The position numbers and the translations under genes were made by a program. The notes under the pieces were generated by a model. That model saw only the letters and a program-made list of their open reading frames with translations, was not told the DNA's origin and did no database searches. 64,000 bases of DNA, taken from Macrostomum lignano. Lineage: Eukaryota. The stretch covers positions 1 to 64,000 of the forward strand of contig NIVC01003710.1 of assembly GCA_002269645.1 (NCBI GenBank), in the 5' to 3' direction. Below are positions 1-14,621 of this stretch, in pieces. Each line of letters begins with the position of its first letter. Within the stretch, counting starts at the first letter, position 1.

Positions 1-3000
1 CAGCAGAAAAAATTGCTGCAAGGCTTAAGCGTCTATTAGAGGAGTCCAGTTTCTCGCCCTCATTAGCGGCGACCTCTAGGCAGATTCTTCCACCCTTGCT
101 GGGCCACAGTCTCCCGGATCCAGCCAGAGAGCATTGAAAACAGATCGCCTGGAGACTCGCGCAGACGGTTGCTTGCAGAACATAAAGCCGCGACCAAGGC
201 AGAACTCGCATTGTTTAATACTTGGTGAGTAGAATGCACTCTTGAGCTTTCAATAATCCTTACAATCCATCTCACCGACTTATCTATTCAGGGATTTAAA
301 TGTTGAAGCAAGGTTTTGTGCTAAAAAATGTTTTGGCTAGAAAAGTTGACTACAAAAGCCACTGGTCGCCAACGCATGTAGGAAGTAGAGAGAAACCAGC
401 GAACCGGGTAGGACTTTTAAAATAGAAAGTATCCTTGAAAGAGGCAGAGAGGGATCTTACTCGTTTACTCTCTCTTTCTCAGTTAAGCTCCTACTCGTGT
501 GCCAACTGGGTCTACAGGCTCAACCCTCCTCCACGCGGGTCCCATGCAGTCCAGTGCGAATCCCAGGGCTAATCCTCGTAGCCATTCAAAAGCAAAGAAA
601 GAATTCTCAGCAGAACACCGATAGCAGGCAAGCTGAGCGCAACTAAAAACATGCAGTGCGAGCTTATTTTTCATGGTAGCTGCTGGCATCAAACTGACTA
701 GATGGCGCTTGACGCATCAGATACATACATGCTCGGCGGTAGGTAAACAAAGTTTTTTGTGTAGAAATTAAAAATCTGGAATAGGAACACCGTTGGAAAG
801 AAATTAGGCCAAAATAGTGAAGTGCTTAAATGCTGAACTATAGCTTCCATAGCATTTGCATGAGCTTGCAAAGCGCCACTGGCCGATGCTCTTAATGTAC
901 TAACGCTCGAGACTCCATTGAGCTCGGCCTCTTCCTGTCCCAGCTAGCGGCTCTCGCACGCATGGCAACAAAGTAGCCCGCGAAGGAATGAGTTATTCTG
1001 TAGAAGCTAAACTTGGAAGAGAAGCGAAAGCCAGGGAGCGAAGACAATTCTAGTGTGTCTGCTACTTCTTGGGTTCAGTCAATTTTTTAAAAAAACTGCA
1101 CCTGCATTGAGAAAGAGAATTAAGAAAAGCTCCGCAGAGAGTTGAGTAAGCAAAGGAAGCGAAAAAGACTCGAGACGTCGGGTGCCCAGCGCCCTGATCG
1201 ATACACGCCACACCAGGAGCCAAGATTTACCCTATGTAGAATCAGTGAGTAATGACTGCACGCCTGCAGGACCCTGCGAGTATCCTCGCTCCTCCAAAGC
1301 GCTTTGAAGAGAGAAAGTTTAAGTCCGCAGGGTTTGCTCTGAGGGTCATACAGTTTAGATTGGCTTTGCTGCTCTGTCGCGGCTTCTCCGAACGCTCCCC
1401 CCTCCGATTTTCTGGGTTGAAGAGTTTCAGATAGATGAGCGAGGCCAAGGTAAAGCCAAAATCAGTCGATAACTCATTACTGTGAGAGTGCGGACAGCAG
1501 CGCTAAGTCTACGGGACGTGCAAGCCAGTCTTCCTTTTTCTCCTTCAGCTCCTCGCCGTGAAACGGTTTCCCTCTATGCTGGAACATTGGCTGGTGGTAA
1601 AGTTAAAGCAGGTTTTCTGGATAGAGATAGACAATGGATAGAGACGGACAGCAGGCGGCAACAGTCGCTCCGGACCTTAAGGTCTAAGCGCCGATGTAGA
1701 CAGACCCGTGCCCGTCCATCTTATTTGTTGGCAAACAATCCCAGAGAGTAATTCCAGCTGGATCTAACGCTCTAAAAAGTGCATTCAACGAAGTCGTGGT
1801 TGGTCCGTGGGTCTCAAAAATGCGGTCCCAAATTATTCGCAGTATCGGCGCAGTTTTGCATTTAGTAAAGTTTGTTAAAACAAACCGTCAGTCCAGGTGC
1901 AATCAGCTGCTATAAAGGGGTTTATGCAGACAGCTGTTGCTGCATGCAGTGATGCTACCGTGCACTATAGGTTGCTGGGCGGAAACTGTCTCGGTGGGAG
2001 GGACCCTCCCGGGGGTATCCTGCCTGTAGCATCCCCTTCCCCTCCTCCCACCTGCCGCCGCGTCCTCCAGAAAAGGCTGAAAAAGTCAGCGTTGGAATTC
2101 AGCGCCCCCCCCCCTCTGCGCGCAGATGCTGGCTTGGCCTGACAAACATGTGGGGCTAGCTTGGAACATCAGCAACAGCCCAGAGAGAAAGGGACCTCAT
2201 TAAGCCTTCATCATGCGGAGCTGCTGCAGCATCTCCATTTTCTCCTTCCCAACTCTGCGCGCCTCCATCTGCAGCTTTTTTAATAATGCTTCATCCGTTA
2301 TTCATCCAACAGGCCTTGATGGGTTTCCCTTCTGGCGCTGGCTTCCTCGCCATCTCTATCTCTATACCAATGTGTTTTTTTTCAACTCCATTGCAATGCC
2401 AGCACAGTGAAGTCCAGACAGTTTTCATCGGCTATTAGGGTGCTTGTATAATTTCCTCATGACTTGATGCCGAGTTGGCGGATTTACAGTGCATAAAATT
2501 TCTCACTCTGTGCATTGGCTACGGTGCATTGTTGCAGCAGAATTCGCGTCTCTCTCTCTACCTCTTCTACCTTACCGTATAATAATTGCCCATGATGCTG
2601 TCTCGGACCCTGCCGCTGCTAATGACGCCAGCGCTGCAATCCACTCTCCCCGCAAGCTGCAAGGGGCCAGCGGCAAGCCTATTTCCCCCTTGTGTCAATG
2701 TTTGAAATTGACCGGCGGCACCCGTTAGCCGCCCCTCACGCTCCCCACTTTTCACCCTAGGCCGCGCCAATGCACCGCCCAAAAAAACTGGGAAGCCTCG
2801 GCGGAGGCTAATTCTTGTTCTCGACTCCCGGGCAGCTGTGGCCAACTCTCTCCTGCCTTGCTGCATGGAATGAGACAGAGGGGGGAGGCGCACACGCATT
2901 ATCAGCATCCGCGTGGCGGTTCAGGTCTGCTGCCGGCTGCCGCTGGCAAAGACGGAAAAAAGACAGGAAATGGAGGAGTGGAACTTTAGAGAGAAAAAAT

Positions 3001-4187
3001 GGGTGACTGCATGGCTGGCCGCAGGAATGGGATTTTTTGGCGACTTTAGGGCTTCGAGATTCCCCAGTCTCTCTCCGGCTGTCTGTCGGCTCTACCAGCA
3101 CAGATGGGGGCCCATTTTTCTGCTTTTCCACAAGGCCTGACATTGATGTCTCTGCAGAAGGCATTCTATCTGTGCGCTGATTTATAGCCGTGGCCCATGC
3201 AAGCTTGACGAGCATGTTATGACTGAGTCACCCCACGTCCAGGTTTCTTTTCCACTCCCGTCTACAGTTGCCAGTGAAAATTTGATTTTTACAATTTCTC
3301 AAACTGAGCGGATGGGAAGGTACAGCAGGGCCACCCGGCACGTACTGTGGGCTTTCAATTGAAAAATAAATCGCTCTCACTGAAGCGGGCGGGTGGGAGA
3401 AAAAACTGCAGAGACACACCAGAGACACTGACGCATGAAAGGAACTGAAACCAGATGGTTGGAATTGGATTTCTCAGCAATGCAGGTGGGACAAACGAGG
3501 TGAGACAACTCTGTCCATTGCCAGACTCACACAGGGAGCCTTCATCTAGTATAGATTGGGTTAACTATACCAATGAGCGCATTTTTTCACTCTAACTCTG
3601 TGAATGTCTTTCCTGCCCCATCATGTCCGGCGTCTCTTCCCAACTCCCAAGCAGATCCTCTCTCCCCATAAGCAGGGACAAAGATGCATTGACGCTGAGT
3701 TGGAACTTGAGAGTAGATGTCTGAGGGTGCCCCGCACGCACCGCTTTCCTCAATTATTCATCGGGCAATTTCCTGTACAAGGAGGACTCGGCTGGGCTGC
3801 AATCAGCAGCCGCCCTTCAAGCCGGGAGCCCCCATCGCCCCCTCAGGTCCCCCTGTATGCCTTCTCTTCTCTGTATTTGTATTTCATCAGTCAAGGGTCA
3901 TGTGTCCTGCTGTTGAGGCTTTGAGCAGGGATCTGTTGCGTCTCCCACTCCCACTTTCTCTCCTCGCTTTCGCAAGCTCTTCCACTCCTCCCTAAGCCCG
4001 TACTTTCTGGTCGTAGTGTTGAATTCATTGGATCGGTAGGCGCCGTGCATTGCGGATATTGTGTTGCTTTAAAAATCTCCCCACCTCCAGAGAGATATCA
4101 AGTTTCAAACACTCCAAAGCTTTTTATGGTCTTGACAAGAGAAAAGTATAACAAAGAAAACTTTTGCAATCTTCACCATGCGTCTGA

Positions 4188-4637
<450 letters not shown>

Positions 4638-6687
4638 TAGTCAGTCAGCAAATATCCTACAGCAGTCTCTCTGTGTAGCCCCTCCCCACTTAATGCACTG
4701 TCAGTGCGCCGTTTCTAAAGCAATATACTCGTAGATCGATCAGGTCGAAGCCCGTTGTTCACTGAGCGAGAGATGGGAAAGAGAGAGTGAGCTGGGGGCA
4801 ACTCCGACTGGCAATCTCTATGCTGATGCGGCTTCCAATGAGGCTTACGAGAGTGGGGAAACGGTTGCAGAAGCCCACTCGACCGCGCACACATTGCAGC
4901 AGCTTATACTATAAGTTTAGCCGATGCCTGCAGATTTTCGAATGCTCTACCATCCCATACTCGCCCCCCCCCTTGTAGTCGATCAATCATGCGCAGCTGG
5001 GAAATGAGTCTTAGGGGAAGCTGCGCGTCTGTCCTTAGCATCCACTTTCTCCTGCGGGCCTCTCTCTCTCCCTCTGTCTCTCCATTCTCTTTCTACTCCG
5101 TCGCTCTGGCCCAAATTGAGCTGTTACTCAAGTTGACGCGAACGGCAGCAGACGCGGCCCCACGTGGATAGATTGATCGCCAAGAGAATTTGGTCCCAGC
5201 CGCCAGCATTGCCGCCCGCTATGCCAAAAATTCCACACCGTCCCGCGAGTCCAATAGTTGTTGAATTGACCTCCCGGATGAGAAACTCTTCACAGATCTC
5301 GATGTTGAAAAACCGCCTTCCCAGCTGATCGATTTCATCTCCCTGAGAGGTCCATTTTTTCTCCCAAAGACTCTCTCCATCCTCTTTGCTTTCCCGATTT
5401 CAGCAATCATCAACTCCACCAGCAGAAAATGAACTCGCTTTTAGGGGGAGCGAAAAAAGCCCACACAGAAGGCCATCAGTGGCCGCAGCTGGTTCAAATT
5501 GCCGCCGCTGGTCACCTCTCTCTCGGGTAATTGAAGTCGCCTGTGCAAGTAATGGGCACTGCAGCCTCTGGCGATGAGAAAGTGAAGTGGGAGTCGGGTA
5601 GTTGGGGACGGAGAGAGAGAGGCGGCAAGGAAATCGAAGAGGGAGCTGGTTGAGCTGAAGAGAAGGAGCTGGTCAGGTAGAATATATCGCTCGTCTATAT
5701 AAAAAGTAATTTAGTCCAGCTGGAGCCAGCAGAAAGCGTTTTTCTCCTTTCTCTTCAAGCAGGAGAGAGAGAGACAGAGGAGAAAGTGGATGTCAGGCAA
5801 GCCCCCCGGGGGGGGATTACTCTCTTGGCAACCGCCCAACCTGATTTTTAGTGGCCATTTTAGCGGAAGAAAAGTCGCGATAGACAGTCTACCGAAGATA
5901 CTGGAACTCCCTCAGTTCTATACTCTACTCTGGTATTTCGCCATTAGCAGCTAGCGAGCTCGCATCCCGCAGGACACCCCAATCGCTTTTTCTCTCTCCA
6001 CTGCCCTCCCACTTCAGCCTTGAGGATTCGTGCTCAGGCATGTCTCCTTTCCTCATCTACCGGCTGTCCCCACCCTCATCATCCAAGCCTGCCTTAATTC
6101 CTTTACTTTCACCTCGCTTTCACCCTAAACTGGGCAGGCTGGCCCAGTCTGGGCCTGACTTTTTGGCATCTTTATTGCATTCCAAAGTCGAGCTAAACCC
6201 CAGCCCTGAAAGCCTCTTCTTTCCCCCATTCTGCTCCAGTTCTGCCCCGCAAGCCTGTCCCGCTATCCAATGTTAACCGATGTCTCCCAATACCCTTCCA
6301 ATTTTTACCCAACTCATGTCAGCCCGATCAGGGAGGGGATACGACGAGTTGAGTCCAATATGCAGGATCCTTAAGCCTTGAGCTCAGATGATGAGCACAG
6401 GACTATATAAAAAGCAAAACAGAAGCAGGGTGAGAATAGGGGAATCCGAGAGCATTATGAGAGCACTATTGTTGTATAAAATAGTACAAAAACTTGTCTT
6501 GAACCAACTCTAAAGGTATAGAAAAGATAAAACTAAGGTTTACACCACGACCAAAACTAAGATACTCATAGAAACAGTTGTTAGTGTTTAAATAAATCAG
6601 TCAGCTAAAAAAAGTTTAAAGGATAAGGTATTTCGTAAGCAGGCACAGTGCGGAGATGAGGGAGGCAGGGAGCGTAGCGAAGAGTTC

Positions 6688-7030
6688 GGTAGAGGTAGAG
6701 AGCGGTAGAGGTAGAGAGCGGTAGAGGTAGAGAGCGGTAGAGGTAGAGAGCGGTAGAGGTAGAGAGCGGTAGAGGTAGAGAGCGGTAGAGGTAGAGAGCG
6801 GTAGAGGTAGAGAGCGGTAGAGGTAGAGAGCGGTAGAGGTAGAGAGCGGTAGAGGTAGAGAGCGGTAGAGGTAGAGAGCGGTAGAGGTAGAGAGCGGTAG
6901 AGGTAGAGAGCGGTAGAGGTAGAGAGCGGTAGAGGTAGAGAGCGGTAGAGGTAGAGAGCGGTAGAGGTAGAGAGCGGTAGAGGTAGAGAGCGGTAGAGGT
7001 AGAGAGCGGTAGAGGTAGAGAGCGGTAGAG
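6688..7030 (+). repeat. 16-bp minisatellite (GGTAGAGGTAGAGAGC)n, about 21 copies
   Basis: Direct reading; 16-aa periodic spurious ORFs. Confidence 0.95.
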
Positions 7031-7554
7031 GGAGAATGAAAGAGGGAGGGTGAGAGAGATAATGAGAGAGAGGGAGATAGCGGGAGCGGAAGAGAGAAAG
7101 AGAGAGCGGCCAGAGCTGCAGACGGAACTGGGGAGAGTAAGAGAAGGCCATAAGGCGAAGTCGAGAGGCCGCTAGGAGCGCATCTCTGCCTCCCGATGCA
7201 TTTCCGAAACACGGGTCGACGCAATTTCCTCCTGGCAACTCGCAGGCGACCTGGAGATAGGACTTACTGCAGACAGACGGACAGAAAACCCCCGATTTCT
7301 GTGCAATCCAGCTGCAGACTCCACAGAAATCAAGGAGGGTTCGGCTGGGGGCGATGGGTTTTAACATTCTGAAATTCGAAAAGCAACAATTTTTATCAAT
7401 AATTATGCGTGGCCACTGGACAAGCTAAAATCTACTTGGTCGAAGAACACAGCGGATAATGCAGGTATTCAGGTGGAATTTGATTTGGATTTAACAAGCA
7501 GCGCAATAGCAGGACAGTGTGCGCTCTACCTGGCCAAACTGCAAGCGCCATCTG

Positions 7555-7918
7555 CTGCTGCAGGGGGCTCCCGGCATCCGCTAACCCCTGGCGACCACGA
7601 GCAGCTGGTGCTGCGGTGTTGCTCTGGGAGATCCGGTGATGCCGGGGTTTGCAGCGCGGTTCCCCTCTGGACATTCCAAAACGGAGAGCCTGGAATCGTT
7701 GGAAAGGTCCAGGTTTGGGCCGAGGTAGGCGAACCTGACGTGAGTAAAGGCGACCGGGCAGTCACAGATGATGTGCTCCGCATTCTCAACACAAGAGAGG
7801 CAGAATGGACATTCCTCATTGCGGATTTTCCCATTGCTACCTTCAGCCATGGCCTGAGAGGGCGATGGTTACCGCACTGATATGTCCCTGCGGTTGAGTC
7901 CAAGCAGGGCCCCTATCT
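7555..7918 (-). mobile_element. LINE 3' fragment of the same family as 42116-42599, antisense in ELAV intron 1
   Basis: Reverse complement aligns by eye to 42230-42587 (e.g. GGGCCCTGCTTGGACTCAACCGCAGGGACAT); encodes [20 protein letters not shown]. No TSD found. Confidence 0.8.
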
Positions 7919-10900
7919 GGTGAATTAAACAGAATAGAATAATTCAACAATCCGTTTGAGTCAGATCAGACAGAGCAGTTTCAAACCGACTAGACTAGGA
8001 AAAAAGTTTTAGCCATTGAAATCTTCAAGTCGATCCAAGCTGACTGCGGCTAAACAGTGCCTATTCCCTAGGCGGAGTTCAGATGAGTAAATCTTTCTAA
8101 TATGCGCTTCCTCGTATATAGAGCATAAAGAGTGACAGAGGCAGAGCCCAGGGCCCGGAGGCTGACACAGGGAGACAGACGGACAGACGGATCCCATCCC
8201 GCCCTGGGTGCAATTAAGCTGAGGGCCGACCATGGCCTGTTTCGGCTGTTTAGTATACTGGCTATGGGATCCGTTTAGCTTCAGTTCTTGGCGTCTGCGG
8301 CAGCTGGGCTGGTGTGGAGGGGGGCAATTCCACGCTAATTACTTTAAGTCCCTCCCTCCTCATCCAGTCAATTCCCGTTTTAATTTTATATAACGCTATA
8401 GTTGTTCTCGTCGACCAGGGAGGGGGCTTAGGGAGGGGACATTTAAGTTAATAATTTAGCTGGGAGAATCTCATTTAACCGCCGTCTGTTCGGCTCGCTT
8501 TCTCTTCCCCACTCCCCTTCCCCGCTGCACCCGGACTTGACGCGGTCAAGTTAAAGTTTTCAGCAGAAAAAACCACAGCCAACAGTCGCCATGCGAAGAG
8601 GAGACTGCACACCGAATTCCTCAGTTGGGATAAGGACCGCCCGGCCGGTGAAGGTGTGGAAAGGGCGTGTCAATCAGGCCCATATCGAGCCGGTTAAAAC
8701 TGCGCGCACAGCTGTTGGTATTTTGAAAGAGAGAGGCCAAATCGGGGTGGGGGACGCGCTGGACAGTCCAGAAGCGAATGATGGAGGCAGGGGATATTTC
8801 TCTAGTTCAGGAATTTTCCCCAAATGCGCCATCCAGCGGGTTATCTCTGCTAATCCCAGGGCTTCGACTTCGCTCCCAAGCCGCCCAAGCTGAACATGTT
8901 ATTGGGTGTGTCAGAATATCCACCTGGACCCCGGTGACCAACCAAGAATGGCCCAATGATGGGATCTGTAATATTGCGTGTGTCAGTTTCTCTTCTATTC
9001 TTTTGGCAAACAACATCGTCGTTTGCCAGTAACAAGAAGAAGAGTGTTGGGCAATTCGATAAGTGGAAGAGGCGGAGTTTGGGATGTGGCACTTTGCAGA
9101 GAAAGTAAGCAAAGAGGCTGTTAAAGAGATGGAGATAAGAGAGTAGGATGGATTTCATTGAGTTCAGCAGATATCAGCTGGCAATTATGCAGGGCCAGAG
9201 CGCCTGACCCCGGCCCTCAGCATCCGGGGACGCCACTTGATGAGAGCGGCGCTGAGTCAGCAGTAATGTGAAGATAGATATTTCAAAAGCTTAGCGAACT
9301 GACAGACGTACTGTAAATTGTATACTATTTTATATCTGGTATTAGTGGCGCATGGGCGTCGCAACATCCGGGGAGGGGGGGGGCGATTTCGGCGGCTGCG
9401 TCACGGGGATGTCACGTGACAGAGGATCGCCTCCCCCAATTCAACAGTCAGCGGCTATTGACCGTTAATTAAATCTCGCATCGAATCAGTCACAGCTATG
9501 GGAAGAAAGTCTTTTCCGCTTGCTGGAGTCTTACACATTTTTTATAGATAGAAGCGCAACCTACTGATTATACTGCAACTTCCTACTGGTCAGGCAAGGA
9601 CTGGATATTCTGGACTCGATTTCTGATGCCGTAATCAAATACGGAGATGCTACAGCTCATTCAACTGACTTTGTGTTCTGTGTTGAATGCATCAACAAAA
9701 AACATTTGATTCAACTGCTCACAATTTGGCTTGTTATAGCTGGGCACTGAGACTCTAGACAGAGCAGTCTGTCTGGCCTGTGAGTCACGCCTCCACCCCA
9801 GCTGTCGAGGGGAACTCGACTCGTATCTTCCCGGCCCGACCCATCCCGGGGATTTATTATGCAAATTCTCTCTCGCAGCAGCGGGGCCCTCCTTCGATTC
9901 TCTTTGCCCACGATCTCATCTATCCGTCTGAGAAGGAAGGGAGGAGGATGAGAGGATCTCTGGCAGGGGCGGTGTTTCCCGTAAGACTAAAGATAATCTT
10001 GCCAAATCCTTCGGCTCCCAGCTTCCCAAAGCGACCTCCATCTGCTGAGCTTGAGGGAGCTGCATGTCTTTAGATTCGAAGACGAAGGCAGGGAAAAGAA
10101 GGAGAGAATGGGGAAGTTTGATATGGATGGGAGGCCAGGGGAGGGCCTCTTCCCAAGTTGTTTCGCCCCCTCAGCCCACCAGCTCAAGCTTCGCCATGCT
10201 CCAGTTCTTGAAAAACTTCTCCTTCCCCCTAAAACGGCTCCCGCTGATTGAGTTCGATCGATTCCGGCAGGCTCCATCGAGTGGAGCAAGTTCTCCCCGG
10301 GGAGGGCGAGCCTGCAGGGGAAGATTGAGAGAGAGGGAAGCGAGTCGGAGCGGAGGCTGCCTACTTCTTTTGCTGTCAGCCGCCACTCCAGTTCAGTCTG
10401 GCATGAATGCGACCACTCCAATTCAGTTGTTTGTTTCTGGGCAGCTTCGATTCGGGATTGAGAGGGCGAGAGTATGCTCTTCTTTAGACGGTAACTCTAC
10501 AGTCTCCTTACTTAGCACAAGCAGAGCTCTCTACTGGCTCCAACATCTTGACTTTATTGAACTCAAATTGTCTTTACCTTCGATCCGTATTCCCACGTCT
10601 ACAGATACCTATATTTGAGTCCATTGTGATCCATTAATGAACCTCGACGCTTGTCATCGAGTCAATTGTTAACTGATGAACCTCGATACCTTTATTTGAG
10701 TCCATTATGTACCAGTGGTCAAGCGCGGCGCTCTGATTTGCCAGTGGCCCCAGGCTCGATTTGGGGCTAAACTGGAATCTCGTCTTGGCTCTGCTCGAGC
10801 AATTAACGCCCTTGAGAGCCAACCCCCCAAGGCACAGTGAAGTGTACATGCCAAACGACAAAAAAGTTAGGGCCGCTGTACACTCCTGTGTGGGTGTGTG

Positions 10901-11014
10901 CCTGTGCGTATGACTGCGTATGGGAGTTGGCGGAATGGGCAGTAATGCCTCTCGCCGGTTGTGTGACAATGTCGCTTAAAGTGCGCCATAGTGCACACAG
11001 CCCCCTGACTCTAA

Positions 11015-11407
<393 letters not shown>

Positions 11408-11429
11408 TGATGCTTAGGCAACAACGGTG

Positions 11430-11880
11430 CCTGAGACGGAAATTCTTTGGACGGCGATGCTTACATGTAGTGAACAGCGGATGCTTAGGACGGCGATGCC
11501 TAGTGAACAGCGGATGCTTAGGACGGCGATTCTTAGTGAACAGCGGATGTTTAGGACGGCGATTCTTAGTGAACAGCGGATGCTTAGGACGGCGATTCTT
11601 AGTGAACAGCGGATGTTTAGGACGGCGATTCTTAGTGAACAGCGGATGCTTAGGACGGCGATTCTTAGTGAACAGCGGATGTTTAGGACGGCGATTCTTA
11701 GTGAACAGCGGATGCTTAGGACGGCGATGCTTAGTGAACAGCGGATGTTTAGGACGGCGATTCTTAGTGAACAGCGGATGCTTAGGACGGCGATGCTTAG
11801 TGAACAGCGGATGCTTAGGACGGCGATTCTTAGTGAACAGCGGATGTTTAGGACGGCGATTCTTAGTGAACAGCGATGTT
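11430..11880 (+). repeat. 33-bp minisatellite, about 13-14 copies, ELAV intron 2
   Basis: Unit GTGAACAGCGGATGCTTAGGACGGCGATTCTTA with few variants. Confidence 0.95.
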
Positions 11881-12266
11881 TGTGATTAGAAGCCAAGATC
11901 TTTCTGTCGTGTGTTCAAAATCAAGAAGCTAAAAAAGAGCTTTCGCATCATCTAAGAGAAGGGCGGTTTCCAGAAGGCCTAGTCAGTTTACAATTGAAAC
12001 GGGTATCTGCGTCAAAAAGATAAGTAAGCTTCGTCGATTTCAAACGCGCTTCAATGCATCCGCAGTGTCACTTTACTAAGGATTATAGCTCGTACTAGTG
12101 CTTCGAAGCCAAAGGAATCAGTCAGTCAGTCAGTATAGTTGGCAGAGATTTGAGGGCCTCAGCGATAGAATACTGATGAAATGTCATACAGAGATTCTGT
12201 TCCATAGTAAATAATTTGATGATTTTAGTCGAGACAAACAGCTGAGACCCCCCCCCCATTCTTCAG

Positions 12267-12519
12267 GTCTTTCCAAGGGCGTCGGATTCATCCGGTTCGA
12301 TCAGAAGTTCGAAGCTGAGCTGGCCATCAAAAAGCTGAACGGTCACGTGCCAGACGGCGCAGCAGAGCCGGTCACGGTGAAGTTCGCCAACTCGCCGAGC
12401 TCTAGCAAGGCCGGCAGCCTCGGCCTGGCGCTGCTCCAGCAGGCCTACCAGCTGCAGGCGCCCGCGGCAGCGCGGAGCGTCATCGGCCCGATTCACAGCC
12501 TGGCCAGCAGCCGGATCAG
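12267..12519 (+). CDS. elav: ELAV exon 3 (end of RRM2, start of hinge)
   Basis: Acceptor CTTCAG at 12266; [43 protein letters not shown]; donor GTTAGC at 12520 (phase 2). Confidence 0.95.
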
Positions 12520-14089
12520 GTTAGCAAAAAATTCCCTGGCTTCCATTCTGACTCTGAGCCATAGAGGACTAAATTAGGGGTCGCTTTCATAGTGGACCGC
12601 GCTGTGGATTTTGGTCTTATGAAGCCTTTCCCCTCCTCCCTTAGGTGCTAAAAACGGAAAAATTTCTGTCTCGCCAATGTACGAAGATCGCATGAGTGCT
12701 TTTTACCATAGACACGCGCTCGTTAGCGTTCAAGAATCTCGTTCCTAAATTGATTCTATTGAAAGCATAGGCCATGAAGTTCAACCATAGACAAAATCAA
12801 TCCTGCACGCTGGAATGGGTGAGGGGAGGGGTGATCAGAGGGAGGAGGGATAAGGAGATTACAACTGAATGCTAGTTGTCACCATAGATCTTATACTCTT
12901 ATGATCTTTGGGTGTCACTATAAAAACAAAAAACTAAATTTCAATCCTGCAGCCATGGACAACTCAAGTAGAAGGACGGGGAAACAAAATTTCTAGGACT
13001 TTTTTGCAGGCAGGTATTGTCGAAAAATGCATGGCAAAAATAGTATTCATTTTTCAGCAGAAAATTTGTATAAATTGCTTCTGATAAAAGGCAGACCCAA
13101 TGTTAATCTTTTGATATGACTTTCTTTTTATAAAACAAATAAAACAAATTGTGCCACTTTAATGATTTTTACGCGCAGGACACGTACCTGGGATACAAAA
13201 TAACATAGAGTCCAAATTTTCTAAACAAAAAAGCCCTTACCTGCACCTACATTGCATTAGACCTAAAGGAGGTTTTGCCATAGACAAAAATCAGTTCCGC
13301 ACGCAGAGTCAAATAAGAATGCCGGCCGGTTGGAGCGAAAATCGGCTTCCAATTTTCGCACGAATTCTGAGTGCAGCATCCCTCTGCTACAGAAGCTTAA
13401 TTGTCCATGATCTGAGCTGCTTAAAGTACATATATTATGAATACGGCGATTGTTAAGACGGCAAGCAAGGCCAGTAATAAGACGCACAGGTTGATCGCAT
13501 CAACACAGTCAGTTTATAGCTCGTACTATAGACTTCCCAGTGCCCCGCCAAGCCACGCCAACGGATCGCATGCAGTTTACAATTTCCTTTTTTGCAGTCT
13601 CGTTTTCCTGGCGTTAATAAGCCTATGATAAGCACTTGTATATTTTCGATGCTTCCGTTGGATCAAAGTGCCTGATCAGTTTGCTTTCTTGACTGTTGAT
13701 AATAAGATTTTTGTTTAAAATGTTGACGACAGAGTGAGCCACTTTGTTTTAAGCCCTTATTCTATAACCATGGCTTTTCCGCGATTCATATTCTAACCAG
13801 ACTACTTATCGGAATAGAATATAGTAGTTAATACCCTTATAAAGTTTAATGAGCCCATCACAACATATGCTACTTACAAGTAGCGTTTTGAAAATAAAAC
13901 ATGTACCCATATGTTTTGTTTATATTTACACAGATATCTACACCCCAGTAGCGTACCAGATTGAGTGTCTATTCTGATTTTATGTTATCCTTTGTTACAT
14001 CGGCTTTCTTAACGGTCTCTCTCACATTATTCATTCTCTCTCCGATTCTTCGAAATTATTGTTCTAAGCATTGATCCAGGGGTTAGTAA

Positions 14090-14293
14090 GACTTAAATAC
14101 TGAGGACTTGAGTACTTAGGACTTGAGTACTTAACTTGAGTACTTAGGACTTAAGTACTTTGGGGACTCAAGTCTTAAGTCCTAAGTACTCAAGTCCTAA
14201 GTACTCAAGTCCTAAGTACTCAAGTCCTAAGTACTCAAGTCCTAAGTACTCAAGTCCTAAGTACTCAAGTCCTAAGTACTCAAGTCCTAAGTA
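14090..14293. repeat. 15-bp minisatellite arranged as two inverted blocks
   Basis: Left block TTAGGACTTGAGTAC, right block its reverse complement GTACTCAAGTCCTAA. Confidence 0.9.
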
Positions 14294-14438
14294 ACTCTCA
14301 AGGCCAAAAAACTCAAACAGCCTTGGTTTAAGACTTTTCCGATCTCGCTATGTCTCCGCTTTTCTATCCCAATTATTTTTTCCTACATTTAATTTGCTTT
14401 GTCTCCTCTCCTTGACCCCGACGCCGTCTCGCTAAAAG

Positions 14439-14586
14439 GTACTCCCCGCTAGAGGGCTGCCAGGTGCCCGTCCGAGCCCTGGCCTCCACCTTGGCCGCCG
14501 CGGCGCCCTGCCCCGTGTCCATGGGCACCAGGCCGCAGCTTCCGCTGGCGCAGCCTCAGCAGCCAACAACGGCTTCTGCATTTCAA

Positions 14587-14621
<35 letters not shown>

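Noticed and set aside
11430-11880. 33-bp repeat superficially like a CRISPR array (also the 31-bp and 23-bp arrays)
   Set aside because: Units are contiguous with no unique spacers, there are no cas genes, and the context is a eukaryotic intron.
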